Assembly (NCBI GenBank): GCA_965371515.1
Contig: CBDUYR010000053.1
Location: 1 to 18,891 of the forward strand
Origin: an uncultured bacterium
GTDB lineage: Bacteria; Krumholzibacteriota; Krumholzibacteriia; Krumholzibacteriales; Krumholzibacteriaceae
Direction of reading: 5' to 3'
DNA length: 18,891 nucleotides
Shown here: one piece after another, positions 1 to 10,100 of the stretch
Numbering within the stretch: the stretch's first letter is position 1
Layout of the letters: the number at the start of each line of letters is the position of its first letter
Notes under the pieces: model-generated
Databases searched by the model: none
The model's input: the letters and a program-made list of their open reading frames with translations, nothing else
What the model was told of the DNA's origin: nothing
Translations under genes and position numbers: made by a program

Positions 1-2
1 TT

Positions 3-401
3 CTGGCGGATCGTGCGGCCGTTGTCCCAGCCCTTCTTCGGGGCGGGGGCGCGCTGAGCCGCAGCCCTGGCTTTTGCCTTCGGCTTGACCCTGGCCTTCG
101 TTTTTACCTTGGCCTTGGCCTTTGGTTTGGCTTTGGCCTTCGCCTTCGGTTTGGCTTTGGCCCTTGCCTTCGGTTTGATCTTTGTCTTGGCTTTTGCCTT
201 GGCCTTTGTCTTTGCTTTTACCGTAGCTTTAGTTTTCGTCCTGGCTTTGGCCTTCGCCTTCCCCGTGCCGCGGGAGAGCCTGCCGTATACCGTATCGACG
301 ATATCGGCCTTTGGCATAGATTCGGATATCGCAATCCTCTTCTTCTTCGCGAGCGCGAGGAGGGCCTTCTTCGTCATTTTCTTCAATTCCGACTTTGTCA
401 T
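3..401 (-). CDS. Partial gene (runs off window): Rho_N-like N-terminal helical domain followed by a Lys/Ala-rich histone-H1-like tract; possibly a DUF4912-type protein, or Rho with an N-terminal insertion
   Basis: Manual translation from ATG at 401, with SD AAGGAGG at 415-409: MTKSELKKMTKKALLALAKKKRIAISESMPKADIVDTVYGRLSRGTGKAKAKARTKTK...KPKAKARAAAQRAPAPKKGWDNGRTIRQ. No stop before the window edge, so it is absent from the ORF track. The first ~38 aa fit the Rho_N pattern (L..M....L...AK...I......K...I..I). Confidence 0.8.
   Translation of the reverse strand, partial: MTKSELKKMTKKALLALAKKKRIAISESMPKADIVDTVYGRLSRGTGKAKAKARTKTKATVKAKTKAKAKAKTKIKPKARAKAKPKAKAKAKPKAKAKVKTKARVKPKAKARAAAQRAPAPKKGWDNGRTIRQ
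64..260 (-). repeat. Low-complexity coding repeat encoding (KA/KP/KT)n
   Basis: Degenerate 6-nt periodicity (e.g. ttggct, ttggcc, tttgcc on +) translating on - to KAKAKPKAKAKAKPKAKAK. Confidence 0.85.
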
Positions 402-577
402 GGCTATTCCTCCTTCGCGGTGAGCCCAATCAATAAAGGGCTCCGCGAGCGCCATTGTCAAGGTTAAAGGCGGGTGAGAAAAGAGTATAGCCGAAGAAGC
501 GGCAAAAGTCGAAACCGAAAACGATTCCTGATTGAAATAACTTACATAACAAGGTGCTCTTCCAGTGGGGAAAGCCC

Positions 578-606
578 TTGAAAAATAACGAGATTTGTGA
601 TATAAA
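578..606 (+). promoter_or_regulatory. sigma70-type promoter for the paralog operon
   Basis: TTGAAA (578-583), 17-nt spacer, TATAAA (601-606), with extended -10 TG at 598-599, in an AT-rich intergenic patch. Confidence 0.65.
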
Positions 607-612
607 CAATAT

Positions 613-880
613 GGTGGTTCGATAATTAGTGCCGGAGCCCGCAAGGGCGCGACGGCACAGGGGAGGCTCCACCGATCCAGCTCTCTTTTCCTGCCTTGTG
701 CCGACGTTACCCCCCTGCCCCAGGGCAATCTCCGACATGGAATGTCGACTCCGCTATTTCGCCGGTGGGGATACCCGCTCCACCCGATACCAGCCGACCC
801 GCGCTTCGTTATACCGGCGCTACGCGTGCGGCCTTCGGGGGGAGTCGCCGCACTGCCGGAGCGCATTCTGAGGGGGAGAG
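613..880 (+). promoter_or_regulatory. Long structured 5' leader (candidate cis-regulatory RNA)
   Basis: GTGCCG(629-634)/CGGCAC(653-658) encloses a GCCC-GCAA-GGGC GNRA hairpin. An alternative 10-bp helix pairs 653-662 with 694-703. Further stems lie at 733-747, 764-784 and 801-864, ending just before the purine-rich RBS (870-880). Confidence 0.45.
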
Positions 881-3800
881 ATGCGAAATTCGAGTATGAG
901 AATCGGTGCCGCGGCGGGGTGCGTCCTGCTTGCGGCTCTTTTTATTCTCTCGATCGATTCGGTATCACATGGAAAAGACAAGCCGGTCCCGCGGCCGAGG
1001 TTCTATAAACCCGTCGTACGCGAGACCGCGCCTGACATCCCCGGGTACGAACCGCGGGCGAGTATCGCGGCTGCGGTCGACACTCACTGCATCGTGTCGT
1101 TCGATTTCGAGCAGATGCACTGGTTTGGGTGGACCCGCATAGACAACACGGCGCAGAAGGGCACGTTTTTCCACGTAGACGATTTCGCCGGCCTGGAAGG
1201 AGGCTCCCACGGCCGTCTTGTCCCGATCGAGGGGACTAAGTCGATGTGGTGCGGCGTGAAGCCGGCCGCGGGATTCGATAACTATCTGTGCTCCTGGGAG
1301 GCGGCGCCGGGATACGGTGACGACTGGGTACAGGAACTGGTTGCCTGGGCACCCGATACCCTCGTGGAAATAAGCTACCATCTGGTCTGCGACACTGAAC
1401 CGGGACAAGACATCGTATCAGTGGGCTGGTATATCGGGATTGAGGAGATCTGGGCGACTTATTCCGGTGTCGTCGATACGATCGCCACTCATGCCATAGA
1501 GAAGTCGTGGTCGACTGAGTGGGGAGCGTACTACTTCTTTCGTTTCACTTCCGATGGATCGGTCTCGGACGAGGACGGTGCGATCGACACGGACGGCGCC
1601 GTCCTCATAGACAGCATCACGATAGACTATGACGGAAGCCTCTTCGATTACGAGGATTTTGAATCGTACGATCCAGGCGAAACGTACGCCGGACGCTGGG
1701 CCGGGTACCCTGCGAATGCGTACGGACGATATTCGGGATTGACGAACAATCTGATAGATCACGATCCCTGCGCAGAGAATTTCGCCACGATCATAATGTT
1801 CTTCGTCGAGTCCTCCTACCCGAGCAGCGAGTATCCCGGCCAGTACAACACGCCGTTCTGCCTGGGGCAGTCCGGACTCAATGACCCATGCCAGGATGAG
1901 ATGGTCGCCTCGCCGTGGATCGACATGGGCAGAGGCAGTATCGGCTGCGACGAGAACCAGGACTATATGCTCCCGCCCGGCGAGACGGGGGATATGGGCG
2001 GCTATATGCTGAGCTACTCCGTCTACCTCGACAATCCCGTAGAGAACCTCGTGTTCCATACGTGGAAGGTGAGGAACCTGGAGGACGGCTGCCCCGGCCG
2101 GTGGCTCGAGGAACCGCTGGTCCGCTACTACGGCGATGACGGGCTGTGGTACAGGTTCGAGCATGACATAAGCAATTTTGTCACTTCAGATTCAATACAG
2201 GTCGCCCTCGGTGTGGTAGACATGTGCTCCGTCTGGTACGGGATCTACGGCGACTGCGCCGAGCACACACCTGCCCCGTGGTTCGACAACGTTAAGGTGA
2301 GCTACTACAAGATGAGGGGCCCGCAGTGGAGTTGCCAGGGAGCGGATCTCTTCCAGGACAATTTCCCCTCTACAGACGATATCGAGAGCTATGTTCGTGC
2401 CGACATGGCTGCCGACGTCAGCCCGATCTCATACCCGGGGATCGTTCCCGGCGACTCGGTCGTCGTGACCTGCTGGGCACCGAACGCAGGCGGCCTCGAT
2501 ACGCTGGGAACGGGTGAGGCGAGGGTCTACCTGCACTGCAACGTCTATTTCCTCGGCTCTGACGGCAAGCCCGACCTCTTCGGCCCACAGCTCGAGGGAA
2601 CGTACGGCACATACATAAGCGATAATGGAGACTGGACGGTCCTGCTCTGCGAGCCCGCGTGCACTTCGACCGGTGCCATTGCGCCGGACAGGTACTGCGT
2701 CGATCTCAACGACTCACTCTTTACACGCGGATATCTGATCGAATACTACTTCAAGGCATACGATCTCGACGGGGTGAGCACGACACTGCCGGAAGGCGCC
2801 GAAGTCCATCCGCCCGACCCCTGCCTGTCGGGACGATATCGATTCGAGTTCACCTGCCTGCCGACCATGAAAGCCGTTCCCGGCGTGTTGTACGTGGATG
2901 ACTTCGATGGGAGAGGAACACCCGAGGGTATCGCGCAGCTATATCTGGAGCTGACATTCAGGGACGTCATCGCTACCGGCGAGCCAATGCCTGACAGGTA
3001 CGATGTGAACCAGCCTTCCTCGATGGTCGGCAACAGCCTGGGCAGCAGGATCAGGATGGCGCACCTTCTGACATACAACATGATCATCTGGGATTCAGGA
3101 GACCTCAAAAACGGCACGATCATCTCAGGAGAAAACGTGGCGGACAAGAGTGACGATATCGGGCTTCTGACGGAATGGCTGGACCTGACGGAGTACTGGA
3201 GAGCTGGCATAATGGTGTTCGGTGACAATACCGCGGCCGATGTGTCTCAGTATACCGACGGCCTGCATCTGCTCGGCGACCTGTGCGGCACCGAACTTGT
3301 CAACTCCAGCTATTACGAGATGACAGGTGGCTACGAAGAGGGAGGGATGACCTCGGCTCTGGTCTCCGGATTTGACGGAGGCCTGTTCGATGGGTTCGAG
3401 TTTTATGTCTACAGCGGCTGCCCGGTGCTTGCCGATCTCGATGTGCTCGGCGCCACCGGAATCGGGATCCCCGCACTCAGTTATCCCGATGTCGGCGGGA
3501 ATCCGTATTATGCCGGCATCATATCCCAGCGGGATAACGCGCAGGGTGCCGATACACGCTCTGAATGGTTCGGATTCAGCTTCATGCGTATCAGGGATAC
3601 GGGGCTCGGGGTAATGGTCAGAAACGAGTTCCTTGTACGGGCCTGGAGAAGCTGGCTGATGGGGCCGGCTCCTGATGTTGATATTACCGGCGATGAGATC
3701 CCCGCCGTCACGACCCTTGCCGGCATATATCCCAACCCGTTCAACCCGGTCACCAGGGTCGCATTCAGCCTGAAGGAGAAGGGATACGTCTCGATGCGGG

Positions 3801-3982
3801 TCTACGACGTCTCCGGCAGGCTGGTGCGCGTCCTCGTCGACGAGGTGCGCGAGGCGGGATCGTACGAGGTCGTCTGGGACGGCGCAAACGAAAGCGGCCG
3901 CAGGACGGCCAGCGGGATCTATTTCTGCCGCATGGAGGCGGGCGACTACGAGCGGACGCTCAAGATGGTCCAGCTCAGATAA
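881..3982 (+). CDS. Secreted Cys-rich ~1,033-aa protein with T9SS/FlgD-like CTD (paralog 1)
   Basis: Hydrophobic N-terminal signal peptide. CTD: YPNPFNP...VYDVSGRLVRVL...WDG...ASGIYFCRMEAG...KMVQLR. Has a jelly-roll-like region with an FTSDGSVSDEDG...IDSITI motif. Collinear with three downstream paralogs. Confidence 0.9.
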   Translation: MRNSSMRIGAAAGCVLLAALFILSIDSVSHGKDKPVPRPRFYKPVVRETAPDIPGYEPRASIAAAVDTHCIVSFDFEQMHWFGWTRIDNTAQKGTFFHVDDFAGLEGGSHGRLVPIEGTKSMWCGVKPAAGFDNYLCSWEAAPGYGDDWVQELVAWAPDTLVEISYHLVCDTEPGQDIVSVGWYIGIEEIWATYSGVVDTIATHAIEKSWSTEWGAYYFFRFTSDGSVSDEDGAIDTDGAVLIDSITIDYDGSLFDYEDFESYDPGETYAGRWAGYPANAYGRYSGLTNNLIDHDPCAENFATIIMFFVESSYPSSEYPGQYNTPFCLGQSGLNDPCQDEMVASPWIDMGRGSIGCDENQDYMLPPGETGDMGGYMLSYSVYLDNPVENLVFHTWKVRNLEDGCPGRWLEEPLVRYYGDDGLWYRFEHDISNFVTSDSIQVALGVVDMCSVWYGIYGDCAEHTPAPWFDNVKVSYYKMRGPQWSCQGADLFQDNFPSTDDIESYVRADMAADVSPISYPGIVPGDSVVVTCWAPNAGGLDTLGTGEARVYLHCNVYFLGSDGKPDLFGPQLEGTYGTYISDNGDWTVLLCEPACTSTGAIAPDRYCVDLNDSLFTRGYLIEYYFKAYDLDGVSTTLPEGAEVHPPDPCLSGRYRFEFTCLPTMKAVPGVLYVDDFDGRGTPEGIAQLYLELTFRDVIATGEPMPDRYDVNQPSSMVGNSLGSRIRMAHLLTYNMIIWDSGDLKNGTIISGENVADKSDDIGLLTEWLDLTEYWRAGIMVFGDNTAADVSQYTDGLHLLGDLCGTELVNSSYYEMTGGYEEGGMTSALVSGFDGGLFDGFEFYVYSGCPVLADLDVLGATGIGIPALSYPDVGGNPYYAGIISQRDNAQGADTRSEWFGFSFMRIRDTGLGVMVRNEFLVRAWRSWLMGPAPDVDITGDEIPAVTTLAGIYPNPFNPVTRVAFSLKEKGYVSMRVYDVSGRLVRVLVDEVREAGSYEVVWDGANESGRRTASGIYFCRMEAGDYERTLKMVQLR

Positions 3983-4055
3983 GAGATGGGATGAACAGGG
4001 CGGAAACGGAGTGAATCCGCCCGATGAAATAGAAGCCGAAGGTAAGGAGGGTCCG

Positions 4056-7000
4056 ATGAAGCGCACAGTGATCGTTGTTCTCGCGGCTGTTCTTGTCGTT
4101 TCGCTGATCTCGATCTCCGGAGCGAAAGACACAAAAAAGGAGCAGGCCCGATTCTACAGGCCGAACTACGAAGCGGACGGCATGGACATTCCCGGGTACG
4201 AGACCCGGACGAACCTGACCGCCGCAGCGGCCGACACCTACTGCATCGTCTGGTATGACTTCGAGGGGATGGACTGGCAATCCTGGACGCAGGTCGACAA
4301 CACGGCGCAGAAGGGCGTCTTCTTCCACGTCGACGATTTTGCCGGCCTGGGCGGCGGCACTTTCGGTCGTCTCGTGCCGATAGAGGGGGCCAAATCGGTA
4401 TGGTGCGGAGCCCGACCCACCGGTGACTACTCCTGTTCCTGGGCGTCGGCGCCCGGCTATGGCAACAACTGGACCCAGTGCTTTGAAGTCGATGCCTTCA
4501 TTCATGAGATGGGACTGTCCGTGTCCTACCACATCGTCAACGATACGGAGAGCGATTGGGACTTCGTCTATTTCGAGCATTCGGACTGGTATATCGATGG
4601 GCCTAACTGGGAGATCCAGGCGACCTACGACGGGGTGATCGATACAGTAGTCACTCATGAGATATCTACGGCGAGGGCCAGATCCAAGCTGCGGTTCCGC
4701 TTCCAATCGGATCATGCGTACTCGGACGAAGACGGTATTTACGACACGGACGGCGCCTGCATCATCGACAGCATTACGATTGCCGATGACAGCGGCGTCC
4801 TCGATTTCGAGGATTTCGAGTCTTCCGAGAGTGGAGATACGTCTGCCGGCAACTGGTTCGCGTACGAAGGCTCGAACACATGGGATGATCCGTACGGTAT
4901 ATATTCCGGGCTGGCGATGGGCCTCCAGTCCAGGGACCCATGCGGGAACAACTTCTCGACGGTCGTGATGTTTTTCGAGGGCTCTCCCTATCCCAGCCAG
5001 GACTACCCGGGTCTCTTCGAGACGCCGTACTGCACAGGCGCGGGCGGGATCGAGAAGCCGTGCCAGAACGAGATGATCGTCTCTCCCCCGATAGACCTGA
5101 CCCGCTACAGCACGGGGCGCGACAACGTTCAGGACGCGGCGATCCCGACTGGAGAGTTGCCTGCGCTGGGCGGGTTCAGACTCGAGCACGCCGTATACAG
5201 CGATAATCCAATGAATACCCTGGTATTTCGCACTTACGAAATAAGAAATATAGAGAACGGTTGCAGGGGAAGCTGGATCGGGCCCAGTTTGTGGTTCCCG
5301 TACGAACCTACGGGCTGGTGGACCTCATGGTGGGACATCAGTCATATCGTGACCGCCGACACCATACAGGTGTCCCTTGGCATTGTCGACATGTGTTCCG
5401 AATGGTACGGAGTATACGGCAACTGCGAGGATCACACTCCCGCTCCCTGGTACGACAATGTGAGGATACGCAGGTGGGATCATAGCGGTCCCCAGTGGAG
5501 CGTCAGGCGGATCGAGCTCTTCCAGGACACCTTCCCGCAGGAAGTCGACGGAAGCATGAACCCGATGGAGGAGTTCTGCCGTGCCGATATGGCTAACGAC
5601 GTCGCCCCGGGCGAAGACTTCGACCGTATCGATCCGGGCGATTCCGCTGTCGTCACGGTGGCGGCCCCCAACTCAGGCGGCCTCGATACACTCGGCACTG
5701 GCGAAGCGAGAGTCTACTTCCACTGCAACGTGGAGTTCCTCGGTCCCGACGGGAAGCCGGACATCGCCGGCGCCCAGCTTGCGGGCACGTACGGAACGTA
5801 TGTGAGCGACAACGGCGACTGGACGATACTGCTATGCGAGCCCGCAGCCACCTCCAGCGGCAACATCGCGCCGGACAGGTACTGTATCGATCTCAACGAC
5901 GCCCTGTTTACGCGCGGTTACATGATCGAGTACTACTTCAAGGCGTATGATATCCTGGGCAATTCGTCAACACGCCCCGAGGATGCCGAGCAGGCCGACG
6001 GCGACCGCTACGAATTCACCTGCCTGCCGACACTGAGGATGGTCCCGGGCGTTCTATATGTAGACGACTACCACGGCCGCGGGACGTTCGAGGGACTGGT
6101 CCAGACATATTTCGACCCGACATTCGAGGCCGTCTGCGCTACAGGCGAGATTCCCGACCGTTATGATGTCAACGGACCGTCCTACGGTGTCAGCAACGGC
6201 ATAGGTGCCTACGTTTCGGCAATGCACGCCTCGTCGATCTTCTGCTTAGCCTACGAGAAGGTCATCTTCGATTCAGGCGATCTTCACTCGGTGACGATCA
6301 CCGATGGTACGTATAACTCCGACAAATCGAACGATGCACAGCTGCTCGTTGACTGGATGAATGTCTCGGAGCACAAGGTCGGGCTGCTTGTCATGGGCGA
6401 CCAGGTCGCCTACGACCTCGCGCAGTCCGCTGCTGCCGTCGCTCACGAGCTCGTCAGCACGATCTGCGGCGTCACGCTTGTAAATAACAGTTACTACAAC
6501 CTGACCGGTGGAGATAACGGAGGAGGAACCCTGAATCCCCACATCACCGGCGTTATGGCCGGTCCGTACGACGGCCTGTCCTACTACGCCTCCGGCGGCT
6601 GCCCGCTCATCAACGACTTCGATGTTCTCGAGATAACCGGCCTCGGCACATACGCGCTGGAGTATCCTGACTACAACAGCCTGCCGTACTACGCCGGTAT
6701 CTACACAGACCAGCTGAACTACGCCAGCCAGCCGCTCAGGACCGTCTGGGTCGGACACAGCTTCATGCTCATCCGCGACGACGTGCAGGGTATGCTCGCG
6801 AGGAACCGGTTCCTGGTGGACACGTACCAGCTCTTCGAGAACGGTATAAACATGACTCCGGCGGAGATTCCCGCAGTGACATTCCTCTCGGGCAACTTTC
6901 CCAACCCGTTCAACCCGGCGACGAGGCTCTCGTTCGGCCTCGCAAAGAAGGGACACGTCTCGATGCGTGTCTACGACGTCGCGGGCCGGCTGGTGCGCGT

Positions 7001-7151
7001 GCTCGTCGACGATGTGCGCGAGGCCGGCTCGTATGAGGTGGTCTGGGACGGGACCAACGACGATGGCCGCAGGACTGCAAGCGGGATATACTTCTGTCGC
7101 ATGGAGACCGGCGATTACGAACGGACACTGAAGATGGTTCAGCTCAGGTGA
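4056..7151 (+). CDS. Secreted Cys-rich protein with T9SS/FlgD-like CTD (paralog 2)
   Basis: Start moved from 4011 to ATG 4056, which has SD TAAGGAGG at 4043-4050 and gives the signal peptide MKRTVIVVLAAVLVVSLISISGA. Same architecture as paralog 1; ends DYERTLKMVQLR. Confidence 0.9.
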   Translation: MKRTVIVVLAAVLVVSLISISGAKDTKKEQARFYRPNYEADGMDIPGYETRTNLTAAAADTYCIVWYDFEGMDWQSWTQVDNTAQKGVFFHVDDFAGLGGGTFGRLVPIEGAKSVWCGARPTGDYSCSWASAPGYGNNWTQCFEVDAFIHEMGLSVSYHIVNDTESDWDFVYFEHSDWYIDGPNWEIQATYDGVIDTVVTHEISTARARSKLRFRFQSDHAYSDEDGIYDTDGACIIDSITIADDSGVLDFEDFESSESGDTSAGNWFAYEGSNTWDDPYGIYSGLAMGLQSRDPCGNNFSTVVMFFEGSPYPSQDYPGLFETPYCTGAGGIEKPCQNEMIVSPPIDLTRYSTGRDNVQDAAIPTGELPALGGFRLEHAVYSDNPMNTLVFRTYEIRNIENGCRGSWIGPSLWFPYEPTGWWTSWWDISHIVTADTIQVSLGIVDMCSEWYGVYGNCEDHTPAPWYDNVRIRRWDHSGPQWSVRRIELFQDTFPQEVDGSMNPMEEFCRADMANDVAPGEDFDRIDPGDSAVVTVAAPNSGGLDTLGTGEARVYFHCNVEFLGPDGKPDIAGAQLAGTYGTYVSDNGDWTILLCEPAATSSGNIAPDRYCIDLNDALFTRGYMIEYYFKAYDILGNSSTRPEDAEQADGDRYEFTCLPTLRMVPGVLYVDDYHGRGTFEGLVQTYFDPTFEAVCATGEIPDRYDVNGPSYGVSNGIGAYVSAMHASSIFCLAYEKVIFDSGDLHSVTITDGTYNSDKSNDAQLLVDWMNVSEHKVGLLVMGDQVAYDLAQSAAAVAHELVSTICGVTLVNNSYYNLTGGDNGGGTLNPHITGVMAGPYDGLSYYASGGCPLINDFDVLEITGLGTYALEYPDYNSLPYYAGIYTDQLNYASQPLRTVWVGHSFMLIRDDVQGMLARNRFLVDTYQLFENGINMTPAEIPAVTFLSGNFPNPFNPATRLSFGLAKKGHVSMRVYDVAGRLVRVLVDDVREAGSYEVVWDGTNDDGRRTASGIYFCRMETGDYERTLKMVQLR

Positions 7152-7166
7152 TGCAAGGAGGCGAAG

Positions 7167-10100
7167 ATGAAACGATCGACGTCAATTATGATCGCGGCTG
7201 CTCTCGCGGCAGCCTTGCTGGCGCCGAATGATGCGCTCTCGCGGCCGAAAGAAGACAAGACGAAGGGAATACGTCCAGGCGTCGAGGTCCCGGCGGAGCT
7301 GGTGAAGGAGGGGGAGGCCCTTCTTGAATCTCTCGGCAGGCCGGTACTGAAGTCGGCGGCGGTCGATACCTTCTGCATCGTCTGGTACGATTTCGAGACG
7401 GTCGACTGGCAGGGCTGGACCGCGGTGGACAATACGGCCCAGGTTGACACCTTCTTCCACATAGACGACTTCGCAGGCCTCGGAGGCGGCGACTACGGAA
7501 GGCTTGTGCCGATAGAGGGCACAAAGTCGGCCTGGTGCGGCACGAGGTCCGGGGATGACTTCTACCTGTGCCACTGGAGGACCGCTCCCGGATACGGGAA
7601 CTTGTGGGACCAGTCCCTGGTGACTGACGCGTTTCCCTTCACAGGCATACTGACATTTTCCTATCACGGTGTATTCGATTCGGAGTTTGAGTGGGACTAC
7701 ACTCATGTCGAATACTGTTTCGGGGAGGACTGGATCCGGATAGTCTCTATCGACGACGTTCTCGACACGGTGGCGGTTCACACGCTGTTCACCGGCGCTG
7801 CCCAGACGAAGCTGAGATTCCATTTCGTTTCGGACGGGTCCTGGTCGGACCAGGACGGCCTGTTCGACAGCGATGGAGCCTGCATCATCGACAGCATCAC
7901 GGTATCGGATGATACCGGCCTGATCCATTTCGAGGATTTCGAGTCGGCCGACGCCGGAGCCCTGGACACCGATTTCTGGCATTGCCGGCCCGGCGAAGCA
8001 TACGGATCGTACGCCGGCATCATACCGAACCTGCAGGACAAGGACCCCTGCGGCACGAACTTCACCTCCCAGATAGTATTCTTTATAGGATCGCCATGGA
8101 TGAGCGCCGATTATCCCGGGATGCCGGTCACGCCATTCTGCACCGGGGCCGGCGGACTGGAAGGGCCGTGTCAGAGCGAAGCGGCCGTCTCGCCTGTAAT
8201 CGACATGACGCGCTACAGCAGTGGATGCGACGAGGTCCAGGACCTTGACATCCCGCCGGAGAAGCTGCCCGAACTGGGGGGCGCCATCCTGAGGTACACC
8301 ATCTACATGGATCTGCCGAGGAGCAATCTCGTCTTCTACAACTGGAAGATGCGGAGCATCGTGGACGGCTGCCCGAATCAGTGGGAGGGACACTCAATTG
8401 CATACTCCGGAGGCGACAGGGAGTATATCCAGATCGATTCCGATGTCTCCTGGTGGGCTGGGGAATATCCGGTGCAGATAGCATTTAATGTAATCGATAT
8501 GTGCGAAGCCTGGTACGGGGTCTACGGCGACTGCGCTGAGCATACACCATCGCCCTGGCTCGACAACATCCGGCTGTACAAATATTCTACTGCCGGCCCG
8601 CAGTGGAACGCGCGCAACCTCGATCTCTTCCAGGATACTTTCCCGCAGGACGGAAACGACATGGAGAGCTTCTGCCGCGCCGATAATGCGAACGACATCG
8701 CCCCTGGCGATGAGTTCGGCCGCATCGACCCCGGTGACTCTGCCGTTGTCACCGTAGATGCTCCTCTCGCCGGCGGCCTCGACACCCTGGGCACAGGTGA
8801 AGCGAGGGTCTACTTCCACTGCAGCGCCCAATATATAGGCGGCGAGCCCCTCAAGCCGCACCTCTTCGGCCCGTCACTCGAAGGCACGTACGGTTCGTAC
8901 GTAAGTGACGACGGGGACTGGACGATCCTCCTCTGCGAGCCTGCCGCCACTTCGGCCGGCAACTTCGCGCCGGACAAGTACTGCATCGATCTCAACGACT
9001 CGCTCTTTACGCGCGGGTACATGATCGAGTACTACTTCAAGGCGTACGACTTCGACGGCATCGCCACGACATGGCCGCATTCGGCGGAGGCGCCAGACGG
9101 CGACCGGTACGAGTTCACCTGCCTCCCGACGCTGAAACAGGTCCCCTGCATCCTGTATGTCGACGATTATCACAACAGGGGCACATTCGAGGGTATCGTC
9201 CAGACGTATATGGATCAGGCCATAACATCTGTGAATCCCGGGTGGGAGTTATATCCCCATGTCGACAGGTACGACGTCAACGGCCCGTCCTACGGTGTCA
9301 GCAACGGCATAGGCGCCTACGTCTCAGCCGGCAGCGCCTCTGCGATCTTCTGCCAGGCCTACGATATGGTGCTCTTTGACTCGGGCGATCTCAACTCGGT
9401 GACGATCAGCGATGGTACGGGTAACTCCGACAAGTCGAACGACGCTCAGCTGCTTGTCGACTGGCTGAGACTCTCCGATCACGATGTAGGCCTGTGCGTG
9501 CTGGGGGATGACGTAGCCTATGACCTTGACCATGCATTCTCCGCCGTTTCTGCCGAGCTGATGAGTACGATCTGCGGCGTACAGCTTGTTGACAGGAGCT
9601 TTTTCGAACTGACCGGCGGGGTCGAGGGCGGCGGGATCGCCAACCCGCTTGTACTCGGTGTTCCCGGGTCCCCGTTCGAAGGCTTTCAGTATTACGCGTA
9701 TGGAGGATGCCCGGGCATCAGTGATTTCGATGTGCTCGACGCGACCGGGCCGGGTGAGTATGGCCTTAGATACGATGGCTATCTCGGAGGACCGCCCTGG
9801 GCGGGCATATACACCGAGCAGCTGAATAACGGCGGCCACCGGCTGGCTACTATCTGGATCGGCCACAGCATAATGATGGTCCGGGATGCCGATCTTGAGC
9901 TGCCACCGGCCAGGAAAAGGCTGATGGTAATCGTTTACGGATTCCTGGGGGCGTTTCTAAATCCTCCGTCTCCGGCGGAGATCCCCGCAGTGACGTCGCT
10001 CTCGGATAACTTCCCCAATCCCTTCAACCCGGCCACAAGGCTGAAATTCAACCTCGCAAAGAAGGGGCACGTAAGGCTGCGCGTCTACGACGTTTCCGGA

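Noticed and set aside
85..423. 112-aa hydrophobic ORF on + (LAFALAF repeats) resembling a membrane protein
   Set aside because: It is the antisense shadow of the Lys/Ala-rich minus-strand gene, which has an ATG, a perfect SD and a plausible domain.
428..461. TTGACA on the minus strand (461-456) as promoter of the left-hand gene
   Set aside because: The -35 is perfect but there is no convincing -10 at 16-18 nt spacing, so it was not called.
629..703. c-di-GMP-I (GEMM) riboswitch
   Set aside because: A GNRA-capped hairpin is present, but I could not find the GCAAA...GACGCAAA core or the second stem with a tetraloop receptor. Kept only as an unassigned structured leader.
430..1008. Short overlapping ORFs (430..738 -, 629..871 +, 696..899 +, 742..1008 +)
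   Set aside because: No SD or recognisable motifs, and they overlap the promoter and leader; expected by chance at this GC content.
3998..4022. Hairpin GGGCGGA/TCCGCCC between paralogs 1 and 2 as a terminator
   Set aside because: 7-bp stem, 11-nt loop and no U-tract; at most an mRNA stability or processing element.
4011..4055. ORF-track start at 4011 (likewise 15792)
   Set aside because: Downstream ATGs at 4056 and 15837 have strong SD sites and give proper signal peptides.
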